Source: Terriglobia bacterium
Lineage (GTDB): Bacteria; Acidobacteriota; Polarisedimenticolia; Polarisedimenticolales; JAIQFR01
Direction of reading: 5' to 3'
NCBI GenBank assembly: GCA_963748015.1
Contig: CAVVHE010000005.1
Span: forward strand, 64,001-128,000
DNA length: 64,000 nt
Shown here: positions 37,146-48,478 of the stretch, piece by piece
How the letters are laid out: the number at the start of each line of letters is the position of its first letter
How positions within the stretch are numbered: the first letter of the stretch is position 1
Notes under the pieces: model-generated
Database searches by the model: none
What the model saw: only the letters and a program-made list of their open reading frames with translations
Told to the model about the DNA's origin: nothing
Position numbers and translations under genes: made by a program

Positions 37146-37993
37146 GAAATAGCGGGCCGTCCGTTCCTGCCGTCGGTTGAAAACTCGAAAAGATTGTCAG
37201 CCGATTCTTCGCTGCTGGCAGCTTTCGTCATTCGAGCTTCGGCGATGCGGCAGTAATCAGGGTTGATTTCACAAGCCACAAAACGCCGACCAAGGCGTTC
37301 GCAAACCACTGGCACTGTCCCAGCCCCAACGAACGGATCGAAAACCAAATCGCCCGGATTGGAACTGGCCTTGATGAGCCGCTCCACCAGCTTCTCCGGC
37401 TTCTGAATCGTGTTCAGCAATTCCCGGCTGACCAGTTCCTTCGACTTGTAGGTGAGCTGCTTGATGTCGCCCCACACGTCACCGGGATTTTTGCCGTCAG
37501 GATGAAATGCCGTCTTGCCAAACTTGCCGTTGCGCACGGACGGCACGCGCTCGCATCGCAGCCGATGTTCCAACTCGACCAGTTGCGGCACGCGAATCGC
37601 GTCGAGATTGAACGTCTTCGGCTTGCCCTTGGTGAAGTAGCAAATCACGTCGTAATTGTTCGTGTAGGAAACGCGCCCCTGCGCCAGCCGGCTCGGCTGA
37701 TACCAAACGAGCCTCGATTGCAGCGTCAGCCACGGGCGGTAATCAATGAAATCAACGCAGTCGGGTTTGCCGAACAAGTAAGCCGCCCCGCCGGGCTTGA
37801 GCAGCCGGGAAAAAGATTTCAGCAATTCGAGATTGAAATGCTGGATGTCCGCCACGTTATCCCACTCATGCGTCGTGACCGCGTAAGGTCCGTCGCAAAC
37901 GATGAGATCGAAGGATTCGCCGGGCAGTTCGCTCATGAACGGCCGCGCATCGCCTTGGAAAATGTTCCCGATGGTTGAATCAACGTTGCGCAT
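37127..37993 (-). CDS. Beta-class N4/N6 DNA methyltransferase
   Basis: LIVCDGPY (motif IV variant) precedes QKPEKLVERLIKASSNPGDLVFDPFVGAGT (motif I); GKNPGDVW. Confidence 0.9.
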   Translation of the reverse strand: MRNVDSTIGNIFQGDARPFMSELPGESFDLIVCDGPYAVTTHEWDNVADIQHFNLELLKSFSRLLKPGGAAYLFGKPDCVDFIDYRPWLTLQSRLVWYQPSRLAQGRVSYTNNYDVICYFTKGKPKTFNLDAIRVPQLVELEHRLRCERVPSVRNGKFGKTAFHPDGKNPGDVWGDIKQLTYKSKELVSRELLNTIQKPEKLVERLIKASSNPGDLVFDPFVGAGTVPVVCERLGRRFVACEINPDYCRIAEARMTKAASSEESADNLFEFSTDGRNGRPAISQACLV

Positions 37994-38005
37994 GACAGTT
38001 TTCTA

Positions 38006-38155
38006 TCACGTTTCGTGCGACAATGAAACCACGATTCCGCCGCAACCTGCAATTCGCTCCGAGACAAATTCCGGCGTCAACTGGCCGCGCCAGCCGAAGA
38101 GGTTGCTCCGCGTCTGGTTGATGATATCCAGCTTCTGCCGGTCGAGGGTTTTCAT
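38006..38155 (-). pseudogene. N-terminal stub of another DNA methyltransferase
   Basis: MKTLDRQKLDIINQTRSNLFGWRGQLTPEFV resembles the RSNLF.WRGQF.P start of a methylase family; truncated. Confidence 0.5.
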
Positions 38156-39542
38156 GATTTCGCGGGCGAACCGGCTTGCAGCCGAAGGCGAAGCTTGTGC
38201 CAAGCGCCTTTGCGCCGGTCTTTCAGGCGTTCAAGCAAAGCGGCGCGCAAGGTTTGAGACATTGCCGCAATGGTTGTGTCGTCCACGGCAGCAAACTCCG
38301 TCGGATAGAATTCGAGCGGGTAGGATTTGTAAGTGCAAATGCGCTCCAGTCGTTGCAGTGGCGGCAACCTCTCGAGCTCGGAACAGACGCCCAGCCTTTC
38401 CAAGGAGCGAGTGCTGCTTCTCTCCTGATGTTCCTCACGATTCTTTCGCCGCGTCGCTTCGCGCTGAACTGCTCGCTCGCGCGCTTCCCCACTCTCACGC
38501 TCCATCCGCTCAGTTCGTTCCCGCTGTCGGCGAGCTTCGGCTTCTCCGACCCGTCGCCATGTCTCCTCTGGTGACGGCGAACCCTCCCGGCACGCCTTCC
38601 ATTGACCTCGGGTTCGTTGGAAGTTGAACGGGATGTATGGATTCGTCGTGTGGACAATTATCCAGTCGGCCAACTCAGCCCACACAGGCAAAGGATGATG
38701 CTGCCTGAACACGGCAAACGACCAGTTCACCATTGAAACCGAGCCGCCCCATTCCGAATAGCCACACTCCTCCGCGATGGCGAACAGCGCATCCAATTCT
38801 GCCTGTGGCCAGCTCTTCGTGAAGAAGCCGGGTGACAGCACTACGACGCCAAAGCTCGATGCTCGAAGTCCTTCGTCAATCTTCCGGCGCAGACTATCTC
38901 CAAGTCTGAGCGTCCATTCATCAAACCAAACGCGCAGACCAAGCCGCGCGAGTTCTGCTGCCAGTCCGCGCACGAACGATTCCTTGTCCTCGCTGGCGTG
39001 CGAAACGAAGACGTCGTAGCGGACGGTCGGAGGGAGGATACTGGCAAACGTGGCAATCTGCTTCGTCCAGTCGTGGGCGAGGCATGAGTAGAGCGGACAT
39101 TCGGTGTAGTGCTGTGGCGTGCAGAATTGCCACGTCCATCTGGGGTCATCTGCCGGAGCACCTTCTTTCCCAAGGGCTGCGCCGCCATGTCGCTGTCAAA
39201 TTCGTCTGAATACCTCGCGAGAAAAGTCGCGAAGTAGCCGAACCTGTCGAACGAGAGTTCAGGACAGAAATGATGGAACGAGTGAGTGGATTTACCATCG
39301 CCAGCGATGCCGGTCGCTTGCTCCGCAACCGTCGGCCAGAGCGGATGCCGATTCCATCGTTCTACCAGCGCATCATCTTCTTCAGTCGGAATTGCAGTGC
39401 AGCCCGCTTGCCCGAGCAAAGACAAACTCTGGTAGTAACGCCGACATGCTTGAACAGACTGGAATGGGCAGCGCGGCGAGACCGCCTGCCTATGGCTTTC
39501 GGCGGAATACCATTTGAAGTTTGGAATCACCGCGGCGCTCAT
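38152..39542 (-). CDS. Cys/His-rich N-domain + TIR domain + helical C-domain protein (1-bp frameshift near 39172)
   Basis: YDVFVSHASEDKESFVRGLA...VWFDEWTLRLGDSLRRKIDEGL...VVLSPGFFTKSWPQAEL; ATG 6 bp after the thiC stop. Confidence 0.78.
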
Positions 39543-39548
39543 TTTCAA

Positions 39549-41594
<2,046 letters not shown>

Positions 41595-41652
41595 TCACTT
41601 CTGGCGGCGCACTGGGACAGCGGTTACAGTCATGAACCGGGAAAAGCGGAGG

Positions 41653-41750
41653 AGGACTTCCCTTCGCCGGCATTACCCGGATCAGGTTCAAAGGGTCTTC
41701 CGAGGCATCGGAACTCTCAGCCCCCGTCCCTGGGGCTCCCCGATGGCAAT
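41653..41750 (-). ncRNA. TPP riboswitch
   Basis: Minus strand: GGGGAGC...GCTGAGA...GACCCTTTGAACCTGATCCGGGTAATGCCGGCGAAGGGAA, upstream of thiC. Confidence 0.96.
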
Positions 41751-41835
41751 ATAACTAGGCCGAACCCGCGCGCGGGTCAAGGCTGCCGGAACACTGGCGA
41801 CCACGGGACGTTGACGACTCGTTCGGCGCGTCACG

Positions 41836-42114
41836 ACCGGAGGGGAATCGCTGAAGTCCACGACGGAACCGCGCACATATTTTGCGCTGAAGGCGTCAAT
41901 CAGCGCTTGCACGTCTTCGACCCGGGTCTGTTCATCCCCCTCCCGGGGTTCATCAAACACCAAGCCGGTACTGCATGCCAGAGCATCCGCCCTGCTCCAC
42001 ATAAACGCGCAGGGTTTTGCCTGCGTTGTCGGCCCTGGCCTGCAGGGCGCGCACCTCCTGGACCGCCCGAGGAGTGAGCGTCACCACCGCCGGGTTGGAA
42101 GGGATGTCCGTCAT
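41836..42114 (-). pseudogene. Truncated, frameshifted HesB/IscA/ErpA Fe-S carrier
   Basis: VTLTPRAVQEV..LRVYVEQGGCSGMQY / FDEPREGD..IDAFSAKYVRGSVVDFSDS; C-terminal CGCG.SF absent. Confidence 0.8.
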
Positions 42115-42166
42115 ACCACTGGGGCTCAAACTGGCACACGCGGGCGGGATGTCAAAGGCCTGCGTT

Positions 42167-44818
42167 TCAGGTGCGGGCGCGCGCCACATGCTCCCGAGCT
42201 TTGAGGATTTTGTTCTGGAGGAGCGGTTCCAAGGACGGGATCAGGGTCTGCAGCCGCTCATACAGTTTCAAGGCTTGCGGCCATTCCTGGAGCGATTCCG
42301 CCAACCGGCCCGCCTCCAGGCCGGCTTTCTTCATCCAGAACAAATCCGGCCGCTCGCCGTCCTGGAGATTCTTCTCATAAAAGACATTCAGGTGGTGGTC
42401 GAGCGCCGCCTGAAGGAGGCCGGTGCGCGCCTCCCCTTCCTGCCGCAACGCCATCTTCTCCAGCACCGTGGCCATCCCCACTTCCGCCTGGCTGCGCGCG
42501 GCCACGCCCGCCTCGACGCTGGTCAGAACCCGCTGGTAGGCGTTGCTGGCGGAATCGAAGGCCCGCGGATCAGCGACCGCCAATTGCAGGTAGCAGTTGC
42601 CGATCATTCCCTGGGCCAAAGCGGCCAGACCGTTCGAGGGATAATTGCGCTCGACACTGCTGAACACCTTGATGGCCTCCGAATAATTGGCGAAAGGATC
42701 GTTGGTCACGGAGGACGGCAACCGCATCAACGCATCCCCGTACGCAAACATGGCTTTGGATTTGATCTCCGGCTGGCAGCTCAGGTCGCTTGTCAGGTTG
42801 GTGAAGTAAGCGATCGCATCACTCAGGCTCAGACGCGCCATGGCGGCACGCCCGGCCATCATGCAAGCCTCATACGCCAGGTCGGACTGAGGCCAGTTTT
42901 TGAACAGGAGCTGGTAGTTGAGTTCCGCATTGATGTAGTCCCCCTGGCGCCAGTGATAATCTCCGATCCACCACTGGGCCCGGGGAGCCAGCGCGTTGGT
43001 CGGATACACGGCGACAAAGTTCGTGAAGCAAGGCAGCGCGTTGGTTTCCTGTCCGCTCAGGGCGATATCCAGGGCGCGAAAGTATTCCGCACGGGCCCCC
43101 ACCGACGCCGCCGGGCTGGAGGCGAGAATGGATTCATACTGCTGAATCGCGCGGGTCCAATGGCTTTCGGCCTCGTGGGTGCGGGCCATGGCCAGTTGAA
43201 CCTCCGCGGCCAGCGGCGAGGCCGGTGCTTGTTCGAGAAACCGATCGAACAGACTCCGCGCTGCAGCCGGATCGCCAAGTTCATTGAACCCCTGGCCGGT
43301 CAGCAACACGCCGACACCGGTGAGGAACCGGTCCGGATAAGCCCGAAGCAACTCCTCGAGCGCGCGGGTGGCCAAATCCGGACGCTTGAGTTCAAGCCCG
43401 GCCCGCAGCGTCTGATACAGCGCCGGCTCGACCAGATCCAGCGCTCCGCCCCCAATGCCGGGTGCCGCCTTCACCACCGCTTCATAGTTCGTGAGCGCCC
43501 CTTGGAAATCCCCCAGGCTCATCTGTGAATCCGCCCACTTGAACCGGGCGATAACCTGTTCCTCCGAACGCGGCAGGATCAGGGACGCCTGCTCGAACGC
43601 CTCACCGCTTTGGCCATGGTCGCCGCGGATCCACTCCGCCCATCCGCGCCAGAGGTAGGCCTGACCCTGCAGACGGCGATTGGTCCCCGACTGGATCACC
43701 TCATCGAGGTCCTCAATGGCCTGCTCCACCAGGTTGGTCGGCATTGCGTCTGATTTTCCGGGCGCAGCCGTGGACTGGAGGTGCTGGCGCAGTTTCAACT
43801 CCGCGATGGTCACTCGGGCCAGTTCGGCCGTTGAGGGGTCCGGACTCAGTTGAATGAACTGCTCGATGACGGCACGTCCCTCGGCGAACCGCTGGTTGGT
43901 GATCAACAACGCCGACAATCGCAGCAATGTCTGACGCTGAACGGACGGTGGAATGTTGGTGGAAAGATTCTGCCGATAAGCGGTCACGGCTTCGTCCAGC
44001 CGCCCCAGTTCGGCCAGCACTTGCGCCTGGAACAGATTGGCTTCGGCGAGCAGGCCCTTCTGCCCCGGGCCGCGGACTGCGGAAACCAGGTTGCTCGACG
44101 CCGCCAGCGCCTCCGGCAACAAGCGCAGCGCCAGAAGGGTCCGCGCCTGCAAATGCTCCTTCTCCCATTCGAGGGAAGGATCGAGGTTCTTGAGTTGTGG
44201 GGATTCGATGGTCGAGCGCGCTGCGTGGTAATCACCCAGGGTCAGAAAGGCCTCGGCCAGCAACAAGTGACCACGGGCGACCAGCAAGGCGTTGGCTGTC
44301 GTCATGGGCGTGTTCAACAGCGGACCCTGCGGGTCCTGAAGGACGGCGATAACCTTGTCCCACTGTTTCAACCGGGCGCGAGAAGCCGCCTGGCCAAGCG
44401 CAGCTTCCAAGGCCCGTTTCGAGCCGGGGAATTCGCGCAGCACCCGCTCGAAACCCTGCGCAGCGGCGGTGTAGTTATCAGCCCGAAAATGCGCCTCAGC
44501 CATCCAGAACACATATTCCTGGGCCCAAGCTCCCGCCTGGCCGAGGCTTTCCTGAAGCAACTGGATGGCCCCCGCCTGGCCTCCCAGTTCGATGAGGCAT
44601 TGAGCCTGGTAAAGAACCGCTTCCGCCACCCGGGGCGAAAGTGGAAAGCGGATCGTGAAATCTTTCCACTCCTGCTCCGCCCGCGCCCAAAACTCGCCCT
44701 GAAAGGACTTCATGGCGGTCTGGAAGGCGCGCTGCTCCTCCTGCGCCGGGTCCGCCCAGGCAGGCCGGACCACCAGCAGCAGCACCAGAAACAACCAAAT
44801 AATCCGGCGTCCGCTCAT
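42167..44818 (-). CDS. Secreted tetratricopeptide repeat protein
   Basis: Signal peptide; many TPR-like helical repeats (F..FP.S..A..A). Confidence 0.85.
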   Translation of the reverse strand: MSGRRIIWLFLVLLLVVRPAWADPAQEEQRAFQTAMKSFQGEFWARAEQEWKDFTIRFPLSPRVAEAVLYQAQCLIELGGQAGAIQLLQESLGQAGAWAQEYVFWMAEAHFRADNYTAAAQGFERVLREFPGSKRALEAALGQAASRARLKQWDKVIAVLQDPQGPLLNTPMTTANALLVARGHLLLAEAFLTLGDYHAARSTIESPQLKNLDPSLEWEKEHLQARTLLALRLLPEALAASSNLVSAVRGPGQKGLLAEANLFQAQVLAELGRLDEAVTAYRQNLSTNIPPSVQRQTLLRLSALLITNQRFAEGRAVIEQFIQLSPDPSTAELARVTIAELKLRQHLQSTAAPGKSDAMPTNLVEQAIEDLDEVIQSGTNRRLQGQAYLWRGWAEWIRGDHGQSGEAFEQASLILPRSEEQVIARFKWADSQMSLGDFQGALTNYEAVVKAAPGIGGGALDLVEPALYQTLRAGLELKRPDLATRALEELLRAYPDRFLTGVGVLLTGQGFNELGDPAAARSLFDRFLEQAPASPLAAEVQLAMARTHEAESHWTRAIQQYESILASSPAASVGARAEYFRALDIALSGQETNALPCFTNFVAVYPTNALAPRAQWWIGDYHWRQGDYINAELNYQLLFKNWPQSDLAYEACMMAGRAAMARLSLSDAIAYFTNLTSDLSCQPEIKSKAMFAYGDALMRLPSSVTNDPFANYSEAIKVFSSVERNYPSNGLAALAQGMIGNCYLQLAVADPRAFDSASNAYQRVLTSVEAGVAARSQAEVGMATVLEKMALRQEGEARTGLLQAALDHHLNVFYEKNLQDGERPDLFWMKKAGLEAGRLAESLQEWPQALKLYERLQTLIPSLEPLLQNKILKAREHVARART

Positions 44819-44830
44819 GTGCCTGTGACG

Positions 44831-47800
44831 TTAGCGGAGACCCGCCGGATGCGGAAGGCGATTCGCACGCGGTTCCTCGATCACCCGGGCCAGGTAGCGG
44901 CCGGTGTGACTGGCGGCACAACTGGCAATCACTTCAGGGGGGCCCTCGGCCACAATCAGCCCTCCCCCCTCTCCTCCCTCCGGCCCCAGATCAATCACCC
45001 AATCCGCCGCCTTGATCACGTCCAGGTTGTGTTCGATGACAATCAGGGTGTTGCCATACACCCGCAGTTTGAACAACACCTCCAACAGCTTGGACACGTC
45101 ATGGAAATGCAGACCCGTCGTGGGCTCGTCCAGAATGTAAAGGGTCCGACCGGTGGATTTGCGCCCGAGTTCCGCTGCCAGCTTGACCCGTTGCGCCTCC
45201 CCGCCGGACAGTGTGGTGGCCTGCTGGCCCAACCGGATGTAGCCCAACCCCACCTCGGCCAGCACCAGACAGGGATCATGAATCTGCGGCACCGCGCGGA
45301 AGAAGGTCACCGCCTCGTCCACCGTCAGGTCCAGGACGTCCGCGATGTTCTTGCCTTTGTAGGCGATTTCGAGGGTCTCACGGCTGTAGCGCCGGCCACC
45401 GCAGGCCTCGCAGGTCACATACACCGGCGGCAGGAAATGCATCTCGATCTTGATCAAACCGTCGCCCTGACACTTTTCGCAACGTCCGCCCCGCAGATTG
45501 AAACTGAAACGGCCTGCGTCATACCCCCGGACCCGGGCCGCCGGCAACCGGGCGAACAGGTCGCGGATCGAGTTGAAGATGCCGGTGTAGGTCGCCGGAT
45601 TGCTGCGCGGGGTGCGGCCAATGGGCGACTGGTCAATGACAATCACCTTCTCGAACCCTTCGTATCCGAGCAGGGCGCGATGTTTGCCCGGGTTGTCCTT
45701 GGATCCGTAGAAGCGCCGGAACAGCGTGCGCCGCAGCACATCGTCCACCAGCGTGCTCTTGCCCGACCCGCTGACTCCGGTAATGCACGTGAAGGTCCCG
45801 ATGGGAATCCGGACGTCAATCGTCTTCAAATTGTTCTCAGCCGCCCCCAGGATCTCGATCCAGCCGCGCTCAGCCTTGGGCTGCACCCGTTGTGCCGGCA
45901 CCGGGACGCAAAGATCACCACTGAGATAACGCCCGGTCAGGGAACGAGGTTCGGCCAGGATGTCCGCCAGACTGCCCTGCGCAACAATCTCACCGCCGTG
46001 CACCCCGGCCCCGGGCCCCAAGTCAATCACATGGTCCGCTTGCCGGATGGTGTCCGCGTCGTGCTCGACGACAATCACCGAATTGCCCAGATCCCGCAGT
46101 CCCTTGAGGACCTCGAGCAGGCGATCGTTGTCCCGTTGATGCAGGCCGATGCTTGGTTCGTCCAGAATGTAGAGCACACCCGCCAGGCCCGCGCCGATCT
46201 GGGTGGCCAACCGGATGCGCTGAGCCTCGCCGCCGCTCAAGGTGCCGCTCTCGCGGTTGAGGGTCAGATAGCCCAACCCCACCTTCTGCAGGAACCCGAG
46301 CCGGGCCCGGACTTCCCGCACCAGGTCCCGCGCCACCTTTTCCTCGAACGGCGTCAATTGGAGTTCTTCGAAGAACCGCGCCGCCGCGTCCACCGACAAC
46401 CCGCACACGTCCATGATGGAAAGGCCCGGAATGCTTGAACGCGAAGCGGGGAGCGCGGAGTGCGGAGTGGATTCCGCGTTCCGCGTTGCGCGTTCCGCGC
46501 CTCCGACCGTTACGGTTAGGATTTCCGGCTTCAACCGCTTCCCCTGGCAGGCGTCGCAGAACCGGGGGCTCATGCAAGCCTTGAGGCGCTTGCGCGTGAA
46601 CTCGCTCTCGCTCTCCACATACAGCCTCTCGAGGTTCGGGATCACCCCCTCAAATGGCTTGGTCAGTTTGCTGGTCTTGCCGGCGCGCCAGAGGTTGAAG
46701 CTGATCTCGGTGTCGCCGGACCCGTGCAGCACAACCCGCCGGAAGTCTTCGGGCAAGTCCTTCCAAGGCTTCTCCACATCCTGCCCGTAATGCGCCGCCA
46801 CGCCCCGCAACATCGCCCGGTAATAGATGATCATCCGCTTGCCGCCGCGGCGCCACGGCTGGATGGCGCCCCCTTCCAGTGACTTCTCCGGGTCCGGCAC
46901 CACCAAGGCCTCGTCAAACACCATCTTCTGCCCCAGCCCGTGACACACCGGACAAGCCCCGCTTGGGGAGTTGAAGGAAAAATGCTTGAGCGTCAGCGGT
47001 TCGAAACTCCGCCCGGTCACCGGGCTATACATCCGGTTGCTGTGAACCGATTCGGTCCAACTCTCGGAGCGCGGAGCGCGGAGCGCGGAGCGCGGAGTGG
47101 CGGCACCTTGGTCGCCGAACTGGTGCAGAGTGCGGAAGACGCCTTCCCCCAGCTTCAAGGCGGTTTCCACCGAATCCGCCAGGCGCGTCCGAACCTTGGG
47201 CTCGATGACAATCCGGTCCACAACGGCTTCAATGGTGTGCTTCTGTTTCGGGTCCAGCTTGATGCGGGTGTCGGCGGCCAGTTCCAGCAACTGACCGTCC
47301 ACCCGCGCCCGCACAAACCCATCCCGGGCCAACCGCTCGATGACATCGCGAAACTCGCCCTTCGCCTGATCCACTACCGGCGCCAGAATCATCAGGCGCG
47401 TCCGCTCCGGCAACGCCATGAGTTCGTCCACGATCTCCGTGGTGGACCGCGCCGAGATGGGCACCCCGCTGTCCGGGCAATGCGGACGCCCCAGATGCAC
47501 GTAAAGCAGGCGCAGGTAATCGTAGATCTCCGTGGTCGTGGCAATGATCGAGCGGGGACTCGATCCCGAGGAATGCTGCTCGATGGCGATGGCCGGAGAA
47601 AGCCCCTCGATGAAATCCACGTCGGGCTTTTTCAACTGGTCCAGGAACTGGCGCGCGTAGGCCGACAGACTCTCCACATACTTGCGTTGCCCCTCGGCAA
47701 ACAGGGTGTCAAATGCCAGGGACGACTTGCCCGAACCGCTCAGGCCGGTGATGACCACCAACCGCTCGCGCGGAATCGAGAGCGTGAGGTTCTTCAGGTT

Positions 47801-47842
47801 GTGCTCCCGCACGCCGCCAATCTTGATGCATCGCTGATCCAT
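44831..47842 (-). CDS. uvrA: Excinuclease ABC subunit A
   Basis: GLSGSGKSSLAFDT, Zn fingers, LSGGEAQRIRLA, GVSGSGKST, PIGRTPRSNPATY. Confidence 0.98.
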   Translation of the reverse strand: MDQRCIKIGGVREHNLKNLTLSIPRERLVVITGLSGSGKSSLAFDTLFAEGQRKYVESLSAYARQFLDQLKKPDVDFIEGLSPAIAIEQHSSGSSPRSIIATTTEIYDYLRLLYVHLGRPHCPDSGVPISARSTTEIVDELMALPERTRLMILAPVVDQAKGEFRDVIERLARDGFVRARVDGQLLELAADTRIKLDPKQKHTIEAVVDRIVIEPKVRTRLADSVETALKLGEGVFRTLHQFGDQGAATPRSALRAPRSESWTESVHSNRMYSPVTGRSFEPLTLKHFSFNSPSGACPVCHGLGQKMVFDEALVVPDPEKSLEGGAIQPWRRGGKRMIIYYRAMLRGVAAHYGQDVEKPWKDLPEDFRRVVLHGSGDTEISFNLWRAGKTSKLTKPFEGVIPNLERLYVESESEFTRKRLKACMSPRFCDACQGKRLKPEILTVTVGGAERATRNAESTPHSALPASRSSIPGLSIMDVCGLSVDAAARFFEELQLTPFEEKVARDLVREVRARLGFLQKVGLGYLTLNRESGTLSGGEAQRIRLATQIGAGLAGVLYILDEPSIGLHQRDNDRLLEVLKGLRDLGNSVIVVEHDADTIRQADHVIDLGPGAGVHGGEIVAQGSLADILAEPRSLTGRYLSGDLCVPVPAQRVQPKAERGWIEILGAAENNLKTIDVRIPIGTFTCITGVSGSGKSTLVDDVLRRTLFRRFYGSKDNPGKHRALLGYEGFEKVIVIDQSPIGRTPRSNPATYTGIFNSIRDLFARLPAARVRGYDAGRFSFNLRGGRCEKCQGDGLIKIEMHFLPPVYVTCEACGGRRYSRETLEIAYKGKNIADVLDLTVDEAVTFFRAVPQIHDPCLVLAEVGLGYIRLGQQATTLSGGEAQRVKLAAELGRKSTGRTLYILDEPTTGLHFHDVSKLLEVLFKLRVYGNTLIVIEHNLDVIKAADWVIDLGPEGGEGGGLIVAEGPPEVIASCAASHTGRYLARVIEEPRANRLPHPAGLR
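46440..46500. repeat. Inverted heptamer array inside uvrA
   Basis: gcggggagcgcggagtgcggagtgg-attccgcgttccgcgttgcgcgttccgcg. Confidence 0.75.
47065..47100. repeat. Heptamer array (GCGGAGC)n inside uvrA
   Basis: cggagc gcggagc gcggagc gcggagc gcggagt. Confidence 0.85.
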
Positions 47843-48062
47843 GACTGCCAATCCTGCCATCCAGGCAAAAGCCGAGCATGCCCGCGGTCGTTCGGGAAGG
47901 AAAGCCCGCGAAGGGGCCGGATGAAGGCGGCGCGTGCATCTCAGTCTCTTGCCGCGCAGGAAAGGCGCAACGCCGAACCCAACCCGAAGCCCGATCTCCG
48001 AACTCCGATCTCCGAACCAAGCCCGAATTTGACTATATCCGCGGCGCAACTAGACTCTCCCC

Positions 48063-48455
48063 GTGACGCTGCTCCGGAAGATTGCGTTGGTGTTGCTGGT
48101 GGCCCTCTGGGTGCCCGCCACGTCCCATTGCCTTCTGGTGGCGCTCTCCGGCCTGGAATCGCCGGCGTGTTGTTCCGAAATCAAGACGGATTCAAGCGAG
48201 CCGCACGACAGCGACTGCAGCACGGACGGGTGTGCTGGCGTGGAATCCGGCCGCTACAAGACCGAACACAGCCGGCTCGCAGCTCCACAACCTCTGATGA
48301 CCCTCGTGCTGTTTGACGCTCCGGCTCTGGACGACCGGCCTTCCATCCTGCCGTCGGCCGGGGAGGCTTCTGATCCGTTGCCGACGTTCGTCACCGCGGT
48401 CCAGTTCCAGACACGCACCGCCTTGCCCGCTCGCGCTCCCGACGCGATCCTCTGA
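48063..48455 (+). CDS. Small Cys/His-containing protein upstream of the metal-efflux operon
   Basis: WVPATSHCLL, CC, HDSDC..DGC, RTALPARAP. Confidence 0.65.
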   Translation: MTLLRKIALVLLVALWVPATSHCLLVALSGLESPACCSEIKTDSSEPHDSDCSTDGCAGVESGRYKTEHSRLAAPQPLMTLVLFDAPALDDRPSILPSAGEASDPLPTFVTAVQFQTRTALPARAPDAIL

Positions 48456-48478
48456 GTTCGGTTGTCACCGCCCTGCCG

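Noticed and set aside
43850..46438. Long antisense ORFs (also 3617-5299, 39270-40988, 42017-43528, 46940-48316)
   Set aside because: Shadow frames of real high-GC genes with no recognisable motifs
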